Shown here: one piece after another, positions 25,590 through 37,553 of the stretch | Numbering within the stretch: position 1 is the stretch's first letter | Layout of the letters: every line of letters starts with the position of its first letter | Source: Octopus sinensis | Lineage: Eukaryota | Assembly (NCBI RefSeq): GCF_006345805.1 | Contig: NC_043023.1 | Coordinates: 11,656,001-11,720,000 of the forward strand | Direction: 5' to 3' | DNA length: 64,000 nucleotides | Translations under genes and position numbers: made by a program | Notes under the pieces: generated by a model | The model's database searches: none | What the model was told of the DNA's origin: nothing | Seen by the model: only the letters and a program-made list of their open reading frames with translations

Positions 25590-25838
25590 TTTTGTGTGAA
25601 TACTCACATGTGTACATAAATGGCGTTTTTGAGAGAAAGATTTACCACAGATGTCACAATGATATTGTTCTTCCCCAGTATGAATAGGCAAATAATTAAT
25701 CAAGTCACCATTGTATGAGAATGATTTACCATAGATATCACAGTGATATTGTTCTTCCCCAGTATGAATATGCTTATAATTAGTGAAGTCACCATTGTAT
25801 GAGAATAATTTACCACAGATATCACAATGATATGGTTT
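25590..25838 (-). pseudogene. Three stranded fingers downstream of the ZNF-D stop
   Basis: In-frame continuation after the TAG: two fingers with first His->Tyr (NYKHIH, NYLPIH), then [21 protein letters not shown]. Confidence 0.8.
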
Positions 25839-27494
25839 CTATCCTGTATGAACACGTTGGTGCCTAGTCAAATGACTATTACGAGAAAATGATTTACTAC
25901 AGATATCACAACGATATGGCTTCTCTCCTGTATGAATACGCATATGTTTAGTCAAGTCACCATTATAAGAAAATGATTTACTACAGATATCACAACGATA
26001 TGGCTTCTCTCCTGTATGAATACGCTTATGTTTAGTCAAGTCACCATTATAAGAAAATGATTTACTACAGATATCACAATGATATGGCTTCTCTCCTGTA
26101 TGAATACGTTTATGTTTAGTCAAATCACTATTACAAGAAAATGATTTGCCACAGATATCACAACGATATGGCTTCTCTCCTGTATGAACACGTCTATGGA
26201 CAGTCAAGTCACTATTACAAGAAAATGATTTACCACAGATATCACAATGATATGGCTTCTCTCCTGTATGAGTACGTTGGTGCCTAGTCAAATGACTATT
26301 ACGAGAAAATGATTTGTCACAGATATCACAACGATATGGCTTCTCTCCTGTATGAATACGTTTATGTTTAGTCAAGCCACCATTACAAGAAAATGATTTG
26401 CCACAGACATCACAGTGATGTGGTTTCTCTCCTGTATGAATACGTTTATGGACAGTCAAGCTACTATTACAAGAAAATGATTTGCCACAGATATGACAAC
26501 GATATGGCTTCTCTCCTGTATGAATACGCTTATGTTTAGTCAAGTCACTATTACAAGAAAATGATTTACTACAGATATCACAATGACATGGCTTCTCTCC
26601 TGTATGAATACGTTTATGTTTAGTCAAGAGGCTACTATAAGAGAATGATTTACCACAGATATCACAACGATATGGCTTCTCTCCTGTATGAACACGTTTA
26701 TGGACAGTCAAATCACTATTACAAGAAAATGATTTACTACAGATATTACAACATGGCTTCTCTCCTGTATGAATACGTTTATGTTTAGTCAAGAGGCTAC
26801 TATAAGAGAATGATTTACCACAGATATCACAACGATATGGCTTCTCTCCTGTATGAACACGTTTATGGACAGTCAAGCCACTACTACAAGAAAATGATTT
26901 GCCACAGATATCACAACGACATGGCTTCTCTCCTGTATGAATATGTTTATGTTTAGTCAAGTGGCTACTATAAGAGAATGATTTACCACAGATATCACAA
27001 CGATATGGCTTCTCTCCTGTATGAACACGTTTATGGACAGTCAAGCCACCATTACAAGAAAATGATTTGCCACAGATATCACAATGATATGGCTTCTCTC
27101 CAGTATGAATACGTTTATGTCTAGTCAAATCACTATTACAAGAAAATGATTTGCCACAGATATCACAATGATATGGCTTCTCTCCTGTATGAATACGTTT
27201 GTGCCTAGTCAAATGACTATTACGAGAAAATGAATTACCACAAATATCACAGTGATATGGTTTCTCCCCAGTATGAATACGTTTATGTCGAGTTAAATTG
27301 CTATTATCAGAAAATGATTCACCACAGATATTACGACGATATGGCTTCTCTCCTGTATGAACACGTTTGTGAATGGTCAAGTGACTTTTTCCTAAGAATG
27401 ATTTACCACAGATATCACAACGATATGGTTTCTCTCTTGTATCAGAGTTTTTAGGTTCAGTTAAATTATTCATTATGACAGGATAATTTGTCAT
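25839..27494 (-). CDS. C2H2 zinc-finger protein D (19 highly homogenised fingers)
   Basis: First ATG at 27494; near-identical 84-nt repeats; finger 2 has Cys->Arg; ends at TAG where paralogous linkers have GAG. Confidence 0.92.
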   Translation of the reverse strand: MTNYPVIMNNLTEPKNSDTREKPYRCDICGKSFLGKSHLTIHKRVHTGEKPYRRNICGESFSDNSNLTRHKRIHTGEKPYHCDICGNSFSRNSHLTRHKRIHTGEKPYHCDICGKSFSCNSDLTRHKRIHTGEKPYHCDICGKSFSCNGGLTVHKRVHTGEKPYRCDICGKSFSYSSHLTKHKHIHTGEKPCRCDICGKSFSCSSGLTVHKRVHTGEKPYRCDICGKSFSYSSLLTKHKRIHTGEKPCCNICSKSFSCNSDLTVHKRVHTGEKPYRCDICGKSFSYSSLLTKHKRIHTGEKPCHCDICSKSFSCNSDLTKHKRIHTGEKPYRCHICGKSFSCNSSLTVHKRIHTGEKPHHCDVCGKSFSCNGGLTKHKRIHTGEKPYRCDICDKSFSRNSHLTRHQRTHTGEKPYHCDICGKSFSCNSDLTVHRRVHTGEKPYRCDICGKSFSCNSDLTKHKRIHTGEKPYHCDICSKSFSYNGDLTKHKRIHTGEKPYRCDICSKSFSYNGDLTKHMRIHTGEKPYRCDICSKSFSRNSHLTRHQRVHTG

Positions 27495-28204
27495 ATATAT
27501 CACAATAATATTGTTTTTTTCCTTTCTATGAATATGTTTGTGTCCATTTGCATAACTATTTTCAGGGAATAATTTAATGCTAGGTTTCTTTCATCTGTGA
27601 TCTTAATACTTAAATCAACAGGTAAAAATTGTCAACTCGTTTGTAAAGTTATCCAAACTTGTAAAGCAATCACCTCCTCTACATTCCAGACAGTGAAGAC
27701 AAGAAATATATTTCACTGTTGTTTGTCATAGATTATATTTATATAGAAACGTTGATGTATAGATGAAGGCTCCTTATAAATATATCGTCTTCCTTTAGTT
27801 GATGAAAGTTGATAAAAATATCAAAGGCACATCTGAACGAAGTAATTTCTTTTATGTCAACATGATGTGATATTCTGAAATAAAAAAAGAAACAGTAAGA
27901 TAAAGAGGATAGTTAAGTGACATAGTAATTCAACATTGTAAATATTACTACATGAACACTGTCAGCCATTTAATGTCAATGTTTACAGGGGTCAGAGTTC
28001 ATTGAGGCGTTGAAACATTGGTATACCCACACAAGTTTACTACACACTTCACCTTTACGTTTCAGAAAAATGTTTGATTTAAGACTTCATCTTGCACGGC
28101 CGGAATTCCCTTTTCTGGACCAGCTCGCTAGGTAGCCAGCAGTGAAGGTCCCTGTCTTCATGTTGTCTACGATGAGCCCATGGGCAATGCCCTACACATC
28201 ATTA

Positions 28205-28615
28205 GGATCTTTTCGCTTTGACCGACAGATTTTAAAAATAATTTCTATGTAACTAAAAAAATTTTAAACTTCCTATAATGGTAGAATGTGTTTATAAAAC
28301 ATCTTTTTCTCTTGGCTTTCTTCAGAAAATTCTGTAGTTTGAAACATATTTGTTGTTTAATTTCTTGCATTTCGTCAATTTCAACCAATCACAGACATCT
28401 ATTGAGGTGAAAACGATTTCTGCCGTAACATTTACTGGCGGTGTCATATGAAAATGTCCCTGATTTTTATGAGAGAAAAGATACCCAGTGGCCATAAACT
28501 GAGGGGTCATTCGTAAACAGAGCTGGATAACAAAACCGTTTCCGTTTTTAGTGTCCACCCATAATTATGACCCTAGTATCGATCTATTGCATTTCAATCC
28601 GTTTTAGGGTTAGGG
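28205..28615. mobile_element. Partial GGATC-family element (other ends at about 280-308, 14380-14721, 17598)
   Basis: Starts ggatcttttcgctttgaccgacag; body matches the arms of 16394-17228. Confidence 0.6.
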
Positions 28616-29584
28616 AAAATATGTTACAGACTACAGAATTTTCTCAAACTTCAAATAACATCAAGGTCGCCTTTCATCATTTCCAGGAAGAAAAAATAAG
28701 AAGCAATCAAGTACTAGGGTCCACGTAATTCATTTATGCCCTCCTTCCAATTTTCAGGTCAAAAGCACAAAAGATTATTGTTTTAATTATCATCATCATT
28801 ATTATTTTCTTGCTGACCCTGGGCCAGTTTTGAAATCATCATCATCATTACTATTATTAATATAACATTACATTAAATCTTTATCAACTTACCGTTTTAT
28901 CAATGCCTCATAAACAACAGGATAACATATATTAATGTGGAATTCTTCAATCGGACTCCTCACATTTTACTAATTAATTACGCTGATTAATTATCATTTT
29001 ACCTATTAATTTCAGTTCTATCACATGCAACAGTCGGTCATTGTATTTTATAAACAACAAATCAACATTTCAGCTGCAAAGTTATTAATTAAGTCGAAGA
29101 AATATATTTTCCTAATTTTGTTAGGTTTTCGCTTCGAAAAATAATTACTGTAACATCGAGAGGTTCACATAATTCTATTATTTACATTATCATTATTATC
29201 ATTACAGCCTTAAAGTAAATCTTTCTCAACTTACCGTTTTATCAATGCCTCATTAACAACGGGACAACGTTAATTAATGTGGTATTCTTCAATCGGTTTC
29301 TTCTCATTTTACTAATTAAATATGCCACATTACATTCATTTTTACCAACTAATTTACTTTATATCACATGTAACAGTCGGTCATAGTATTTTATAAACAA
29401 CAAATAAACATTTCAGTTTGGAAATTATTAATTAAGACGAACAAATATATTTTCCTAATTGTTGTCAGGTTCCCGCTTGGAAAAATAATTACTGTAACAT
29501 CGAGAGGTTCACAGAATTCTATTATTTACCTTATTATTAGTAGTTTTATCAATACTATTACAGCCTTAAAGTAAATCTTTGTCC

Positions 29585-29730
29585 ACTTACCGAATTCACA
29601 AATAAACAGCGACTCAGTGATCGGTAATTAAGCACATTAATTAGCTTTTTTGGCTACGTGGCTGATGTGGTGTAGAAGTTGTTTCCCCTGATATAATTGT
29701 ATTTCCTTAATTCTCCAATAGAGTGCGCTA
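29585..29730 (-). promoter_or_regulatory. Putative promoter/exon-1 module of ZNF-D
   Basis: gcgcactctattgg on the minus strand at 29715-29728; donor tcg|gtaagt at 29590. Confidence 0.5.
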
Positions 29731-30330
29731 CTGATTCGTTGGATTCGTTCCCTTTCTGTCAATAACTTTATCTTCAAGTTCTTTTAAAATTCTCACCAGA
29801 TTATTTTAAGAAAGTGTCCTTGTATATTCTACCCTATGACCGTTTCCAGCACACAACTTCATCCCGTCGCAGACCCTGGAAGAAAGAGGCCATCTTTAAC
29901 CTGTCTTAGGGTCATTTCCTGTCGCCAACCCTTCTCCTTTCCCGCAATACACAGACTTCAACTTTATATATATATATATAATTCTCATTTTTTTTGTTTT
30001 TGTATCTCTTCCCTTGCATATTCACTCTAAGGCCACGAAGTTGGTCTGCTTGGTGGGAGGCGATTTAGGCTACTTCAAATCACACAACTTTGCCACCACA
30101 AACATAAATATCTTCATTGTTTAATTCCTGAGCAAATGTCAAGTTATCTATTTAATAGTTTCTCCCATTTTCCGAAGTCGCTGGTCAAATAACTTTTCAC
30201 CCATCACACGAATTTCAGTACCAGAGGAACTGTTTTTACTTCCCAGCCACAATGTGTTAAACAATTTTCTTTGTCTTCTTATCATTTGTTCATCATCATC
30301 ATCATCGTTTAACGTCCGTTTTCCGTGCTA

Positions 30331-30990
30331 GCAAACTCCTTATTTTTGCTTGGAAACTCCTTATTTTTGCTTGGAAAATTGGGACACACCCCACCTCAGA
30401 ATCATTGGAAATATAAATTTTTTTCAGTGGATGCTGATGATGATATATATATATACACACACACATATATGTGTGTATGTGCATACATACACATATACTT
30501 GAAGCACACAGCATAAACTGTAAATTGGTTAGCATTAGGAGAATACACCCAAAGACTCCAAGCAAATCAGATTAGAAACTAGTGCATTATTGTTTGCCAG
30601 CTCATGTCGCAATGTGCCACCCATGCCAGTAAAAAAAAAAATTTCACTAAAGGATGATGAAAACACATAGACAAAATCAACTTCAGTGTAACTTTTTATT
30701 CATTATTCCCATTTCTTTATTCTCTCAAATGATGAAGGCTCCTTATAAATATATCGTCTTCCTTTAGTTCATGAAAGTCCATAAAAATATCTGAACGACA
30801 AGATTTCTTTTACGTCAACAGGATATGATATTCTGAAATAGAAAAAAAAGAGTCAGTGAGATAAAGAGGATAGTTAAGTGACATAGCAATTCAACATTTT
30901 CAAATTTTGCATCAATACTGTCATCCGTTTAATGTCAATGTTTGCAAGGGTCGGAGTTCATTGAAGCGTTGAAAGACTGGCATACCTACA
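30331..30990 (-). pseudogene. Ghost ZNF unit: shared acceptor and 5'UTR exon fused directly to the 3'UTR
   Basis: 30731-30990 matches the ZNF-D upstream region (acceptor at 30833); 30331-30727 matches the ZNF-D downstream region 24960-25370; no fingers lie between them. Confidence 0.85.
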
Positions 30991-31281
30991 CAACTGTGCT
31001 ACACCCCGAATTTCCTTACTCGTTTCAGTCATTTGACTGTGGCCATGCTGGAGCACCGCCTTTTAGTCAAGTAAATCGATCCCAGGACTTACTGTTTGGA
31101 AGCCCAGTACTTATTCTATCGTTCACTTTTGCCGAATCGCTAAGTTACGGGGACGTAAACACACCAGCATCGGTTGGCAAGCGTGTATGTTTGTGTGTCT
31201 GTGTTTGTCTCCCCAACATCGCTTGCCAACCGATGCTGGGGAGACAAACACAGACACACAAACATACACACACACACTCAC

Positions 31282-31312
<31 letters not shown>

Positions 31313-31929
31313 TATACAAAGGGCTTCTTTCAGTTTCCGTCTACGAAATCCACTCACAAGGCTTAGGTCGGCCCTACACCTACCTTCCTCATACCTTTCA
31401 GAAAAATTCATGTTTGATATATCTAAGTCAAACGACCATATTTTCTCAATCTTTCTATGCATTTTAATAGTTTGCAGTAACTTCCGCTGACCTCAGAAGA
31501 AAGATGCTGTTTTTAACCTGTCGCCTCCTGACGTGATGTCATTTCGTGACCCTTCCTGACGCCTTCAACTAACACTATCTCCTCCGAGACCCTGCGGCGC
31601 AAGTTGACTAAAATTGAGAGTATGATAGAAGAAGGCTTGCTCTTCCTTCCGTAGTAGAAAAAATTCATATCGGACCATGATAACACCAAAAATTATTTAC
31701 ATCAAACGTGCTATTTTTCTATGAAAATCCCTATTTTTTAACGATTTTTTGGTGTATTTCAACCAGAAAAATGTTCACTTAAAGAGAATGACAAGCTACA
31801 TAATGTAAAATTATTACTTTTCAAAAATTCCAATTCTAAAGGGTCGAAAAGAAAACAAACCCGAGCAAAGCTGGGCTATACCGCAAGTATATATATATAT
31901 CTATAAAATAACATGTTACTCGATAGTGA

Positions 31930-31992
31930 AGATAAAACTCTGGGTTTCAGATGCCGAAGTGGGAATCCACGACGCCATCTCTTCGGTTATCT
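31930..31992 (-). ncRNA. Hammerhead-like motif in a (TA)n-flanked repeat (31905-32050)
   Basis: agauaa-CCGAAGA-gaug...cauc-u-GAAA-cccagaGUU-uuaucu: perfect stem I, but U4->C, an extra U before GAAA and a weak stem III. Confidence 0.4.
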
Positions 31993-32049
31993 GGCTATTA
32001 TTTACATAATATTGAGGTCTCTTTCTTTCTTTTGTTATCTTACCATTTT

Positions 32050-32158
<109 letters not shown>

Positions 32159-32207
32159 TATATAATGTGTAATGCATGCATCCATAGTCATTTATGTATG
32201 CAAAAAA

Positions 32208-32400
32208 CTAGCAGATACCCAGCTTTGCTCGGGATTAAAATAGCATACTTTGTAAATATGTTACAGTATTTTCAAATCATGTGAAAGTGCAGTGTTGACG
32301 ATAAAACATTTGTAGAGTAAATGATGGGCTAATTCGACTAAGCGACATGTTGTGAGTTCATTTGGAGGATTCCAGGCTCTAACCGGTCATGGAAAATTAG
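32208..32400 (-). mobile_element. Helitron 3' end (a facing, degenerate end on + at about 31860-31886)
   Basis: Minus strand cccgagcaaagctggg-tatctg-CTAG|T; the 5' end was not located. Confidence 0.6.
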
Positions 32401-32812
32401 GGTTAGTTAAGGTTAGGGGTGGGGGAAGGGTATCTTTTTTTCTTCACAAATGTAAATAAACCCAATCTGTTGCTTAAACGAGGGACATATTCATACAGCA
32501 CAGAATGTTTTTTACCTTAATGGACGTCAGGGATTGGTTGAAATTGCAGAAATGGTGTAAATACACTTAAATCAGGTGATTAGGACCAAGATTTTTATGC
32601 CATGCAAATGGATCTAGGCAATGACTTTCCCAACATGTCAAATCAAGCTCTAGAGAGTTTATTTATTGCTTCAGCTTATCCTTATACCTAAGGCCAGGCT
32701 GTCATGATATCCCTCTATTTGTTGGACACACAGAAGAATTTTTGTAATGCAGTCATTTTCCATTTCGAAAACATGTCCTAACCATCTACACTGAATTCTC
32801 ATCAGTATACAA

Positions 32813-33347
32813 GTGAGACCATGACCCGTGGCTTTTACATGGGATGTAGCCAGTTCACTTATGCATACCTTTCCTTCTTGGGACGCAAAACTCTACTTGT
32901 GAAGACCTGTTGAGGCAAGTGAGAATCGAAATCGATCAACATCAATGGAAATTGCAGCTGTGATATCAGTGCCAGTGGTACGTAAGAGAACCATCCGAAT
33001 GTGGCCGTTTCCAGTGCCGCCCGGACTGGATTCGTGCTGGTGGCATGTATAAAGCACCATCCGTTTGTGGCCGATGCCAGTCTCGCCTGGCCCCCGTGCC
33101 AGTGGCACATAAAAAGCACCATCTGATCGTGGTCGTTTGCCAGCCTCGTCTGGCACCTGTGCCGGTAGCACATAAAAAGCACCCACTACACTCACGGAGT
33201 GGTTGGCATTAGGAAGGGCATCCAGCTGTAGAAACACTGCCAGATCAGACTGGGCCTGGTGCAGCCTTCTGGCTTCCTAGACACCAGTTGAACCGTCCAA
33301 CCCATGCTAGCATGGAAAGTGGACACTAAACGATGATGATGATGATG
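32813..33347 (+). mobile_element. RTE-X-like LINE 3'UTR copy (others at 4979-5180 -, 24385-24722 +, 38513-38935 -, 48044-48312 +)
   Basis: Shared gtggcacgtaaaaagcacc repeats, catgctagcatggaaagcggacg terminus and (GAT)n tail. Confidence 0.85.
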
Positions 33348-33726
33348 CTTTGGATGCTGGACATATTACACTTTTCTAAGATTTTCACATCGGATATCTT
33401 ATCTTGCAATTTTGTAGCATATAGAGTGTAAACGGCAATTGTGAAAAGTTTGAATTTTTTTTTCTTTATTTCCCTCTAGAAGATTTGTATACACGTTTTG
33501 TGTACACCTATTTTTGTAATTAGACTGACATCATGTTCACACACACATCAAATTAAATTCAAAACTAAAAGAGCTACTACTGGTTTCATGTTAGCATGAT
33601 ACTTGCAGAGGGATATTTATAAAACACACCATGTATCTTAAGGGCATACAGCCAAATCTGGAGCAGTACTCTGGCTTGACAGCTCTTGTAACACTTTCCC
33701 ACCTGATCCTGGATAGAAAACGTTAA

Positions 33727-33757
<31 letters not shown>

Positions 33758-34278
33758 AAACACAACAAAGACAAAATCAATGTCACTCAAAACTTTTATT
33801 CCTTATTCCCATTCCTTTATTCTCTCATAACAAATTCCTCAAAAATCCAGCACAATCCTCTTCAGAAATCAAAGTCATCTCTGTGTTGATATATTTAGAT
33901 ATATAAATGATATTGAAGTTGAGATTCATGAATTTCATGTTGACATCCAAGAAACTGAGGTTGATAATGTCAAGCATGAAGAGGAATGAACCCTGTCCTT
34001 ATAGCAGACAAAATACTCATAATAATTGTTGTCATGGTGTAATAAATTTTAATACTGATACGGTTGCACTTGTGTATGAATACTCACATGTGTACTTGAG
34101 AGGCCTTTTTGAGAGAATGACTCACCACAGATATTACAAGGATCTGGCTTCCCTTCTGTATGAATATCCTTGTGACTAGTTAAAAAATTATTTTCAGCAA
34201 ATGATTTACCGCAGATGTTACAGTGATATGGATTTTCCCCAATTTTGAATATGTTTGTTACTCTTGCTAGAGAATGAT

Positions 34279-35970
34279 TCACCAGATATCACAATCATGT
34301 GGCTTGTCTCCTCTATGTGTACGTTTGTGTTTAGACAAGACCCAAGTTTGGAAGAATGATTTACCACAGATATTACAATGATATGGCTTCTCTCCTGTAT
34401 GTGTACGTTTGTGTCTAGACAAGATTCCACTTTGAGAGAATGATTTACCACAGATATAACAATGATATGGCTTCTCTCCTGTATGAATATGTTTGTGATT
34501 ATTTAAAGTACTCTTTTGAGAAAATGATTTACCGCAGATATCACACTGGTATGGATTTTCCCCAGTATGAATGCGTTTGTGACAAGTCAATTGACTATTT
34601 CTAGCGAATGATTTACCACAAATATCACACTGATAAAACTTTTCCCCAGTATGAATACATTTGTGATCAGTCAAATAACTACTTGTTGGGAATGCTTTAT
34701 CACAGATATTGCAATGATATGGCCTCTCTCCAGTATGAACACGTTTGTGACAATTTAAATTGCTACTGTCAGCAAATGATTTACCACAGATATTACAATG
34801 ATATGGCTTCTCTCCTGTATGAATACGTTTGTGTTTAATCAAGTCACTACTTCCAGAAAATGACCTACCACAGATATTACAATGATATGGCTTCTCACCT
34901 GTATGAGTACGTTTGTGTTTAAGCACGTCACCACCTTGAGAGAATGATTTACCACAGATATCACACTGATATGGTTTTTCCCCAGTATGAATACGTTTGT
35001 GACGAGTGACAGTGTTACTTCTGGAAAATGATTTACTGCAGATATCACACTGATATGGATCTTCCCTAGTATGAATGCGTTTGTGATAAGTCAATTGACT
35101 ATTGCTAGCGAACGATTCACCACAGATATCACAATGAAATGGCTTCTCTCCTGTATGTGTGAGCGTGTGTGTAGTCAAGGCACTCCTTTCAGAGAATGAC
35201 CCACCACAAATATCACGGTGATATAGTTTCTCTCCTGTATGAACTCGTTTGTGTGATTTCAAGGGACCAGACTGAGAAAATAATTTATCACAGATATCAC
35301 ACTGATATGGTTTTTCCCTGGTATGAATACGTTTGTGAATAATCAAGCAACTATTGCTAGCAAACGATTTACCACAGATATTACAGTCATATGGCTTTTC
35401 TCCTCTATGTTTACATTTGTGACTACTTAAACTGCTATTTTCAGAAAAATATTTACCACAGAATTTACAATAAAATGGCTTCTCTCCTGTATGGGAGAGT
35501 TTATGTTTAGGCAAGTCACTACTTTGAGAAAATGATTTACCACAGATATCACACTGATACGGTTTTCCCCCAGTATGAATACATTTGTGACAAGTCAATT
35601 CGCTATTTCTAGAGAATGATTTACCACAGATACTACAATGAAGTGGTTTTTCTCCTGTATGAGTAAGTCTGTGCCTAGTCAATTGACTACTTTGAGAGAA
35701 TGATTTACCACAGATATTACAATGACATAGTTTTTCACCAGTATGAATATGTTTGTGCCTAATCAAGAGACTGTTTGCAGAAAATGATCTGCCACAGATA
35801 TTGCAATGATGTGGCCTTTTTGGTTTAGTTAAATCATTCATCGTGAGATAATAATTTTTCATACATAACACAATGGTAGTTCTTTTTGCATTTCTAAGAG
35901 TGTTTGTGTTCAGATGTGTCAGAGAATAGTTTAATGTTATGTTTCTCCAATCAGTGATCTTACTTAACAT
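34279..35970 (-). CDS. C2H2 zinc-finger protein E (18 fingers, ends HDCDIW*)
   Basis: 563-aa ORF; ATG lies directly after a ttttag acceptor at 35971, though the conserved MNDLTKPK Met may be the true start; finger 8 has Cys->Arg. Confidence 0.92.
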   Translation of the reverse strand: MLSKITDWRNITLNYSLTHLNTNTLRNAKRTTIVLCMKNYYLTMNDLTKPKRPHHCNICGRSFSANSLLIRHKHIHTGEKLCHCNICGKSFSQSSQLTRHRLTHTGEKPLHCSICGKSFSRNSELTCHKCIHTGGKPYQCDICGKSFSQSSDLPKHKLSHTGEKPFYCKFCGKYFSENSSLSSHKCKHRGEKPYDCNICGKSFASNSCLIIHKRIHTREKPYQCDICDKLFSQSGPLKSHKRVHTGEKLYHRDICGGSFSERSALTTHTLTHTGEKPFHCDICGESFASNSQLTYHKRIHTREDPYQCDICSKSFSRSNTVTRHKRIHTGEKPYQCDICGKSFSQGGDVLKHKRTHTGEKPYHCNICGRSFSGSSDLIKHKRIHTGEKPYHCNICGKSFADSSNLNCHKRVHTGERPYHCNICDKAFPTSSYLTDHKCIHTGEKFYQCDICGKSFARNSQLTCHKRIHTGENPYQCDICGKSFSQKSTLNNHKHIHTGEKPYHCYICGKSFSQSGILSRHKRTHTGEKPYHCNICGKSFFQTWVLSKHKRTHRGDKPHDCDIW

Positions 35971-37188
35971 CTAAAACAGAAGATGTAAACTCTTTTGTAA
36001 AGGTATCCAAGATTAATTAACCTGGAAATTGATCATCTCTACATTCCAGACAGTGAAGACAAAAGAACGTTGCTGTTAAATACAATGTCCAGAAGAAGTA
36101 TTTTCCCATCACCTGTTGAAGATTTATACAAAGAAGTTGATGCGTTGATGAATGTGCCTTATGAATATATGGTCTTCCTTTAATTGATGAAAGTCAATCA
36201 AAATATCAGAGGCATGTCTAAATGAAGAGATTTCTTTCACGTCAACATGATGTGATATTCTGAAATAGAAAAAAAAGAAGCAGTGAGATAAAGAGAATCG
36301 TTAAACAACATAGTAATTCAACATTGAAAATCTTACATCAACACTGTCATCCACTTAATATCTATGTTTGCAGGAGTCAGAATCCATTGAGGCTGTAAAA
36401 ATCCTGGTAAAACACTCACTGCAGTTTGGTGCAGGCTTACGTCTGGTCGGTTCCTCTCAAACTATCCCAGTCACATCAGCATGGAAGGTGGACATTAAAC
36501 AATGATGATGATGATATAAATATCTAAATATGATATGCTTCCTCCAGTTTCCATCTACCACATCCACTCACACTGTTTCAGTTGACCCAAGGCCATCATG
36601 GGAGACACATACTTACCCAAACTGCAAGAATGGGTTGGGAAGCAAACTTCTTACCTCATAGCCACACCTGCTCCCAGCATCGACTGATGCTGGCGACACA
36701 TAAAAAGCACCCAGTACATTCTGTGGTTGGCATTAGGAAGGGCATCTAGCAGTAGAAACCATTGTAAAGATGACATTGCAGCCTAACCCAGCCCTGCACT
36801 TTTCTGCTTCTCTGTCAAACAGTCCAACCTATGCCAGAATGGAAAGCAGACATTAAACAATGACAACGACGAAGATGATGATGGTATGTTCTTTTACTTG
36901 TTTCTGTCATTTCACTGCGGCCATGCTGGAGCATGTATATATATACATAATATATCTTTAGAAAGAGAGATACACATGCACACATCTATAGTTTTACACA
37001 GCAAGCACAATAACCTCAAAAATTTAAGATGCTCAACAATTAACAAGAGACAGTTGTAACAACGACATTGAGTGTAGTTTAAAAACATTCGCAGGTTTCT
37101 TGTATGAAGCTCGTTTCTCAACCACATATTTCTAGGTACAGTCCCAGTACGTGACAAATTGGGCACAACGTTTCTACTACACGCTTGG

Positions 37189-37553
37189 GGTACTACTAGC
37201 AAACAGTGGTCCCGTTTCACGCACACTCGCAGTCGCGTATCTGCGCTAGCTAGTTGTAAGTAGTCGATCCTACGACTACCTAGCAAAGTAAATAATTTTT
37301 AGCGTAACTTCGGTATAAGTACTGGATACATTTGAAGAAAGTTTTTTTTCTTTTATATATATGAGAGGTTAGGGTTAGGGTTCGGAGAAAAGGGTTTCTG
37401 TTATCTTCAGAAATGTAAACAAAGTCGCGTGTGTACCTATACCGAAGGGTCGCCTTAAACAATGTAAATAACACAAAAACACAAAGTAAGGATCGACTAG
37501 CTGGCGCGGATGCGCGAGTACGCGCACCGGGACCACTGTTCTCAAGTAGTACC
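37189..37553. mobile_element. MITE with GGTACTACT TIRs and a 9-bp TSD, inserted in an S2 SINE
   Basis: TSD cacgcttgg at 37180-37188 and 37554-37562; ends ggtactact...agtagtacc. Confidence 0.9.

Noticed and set aside
25839-27494. PRDM9 orthology of ZNF-D
   Set aside because: No SET, KRAB or SSXRD exon is visible; only the array dynamics are similar.
37368-37382. Interstitial telomere array (also about 16890, 28605 and 32398)
   Set aside because: Only 1-2 TTAGGG units, all inside MITE bodies.
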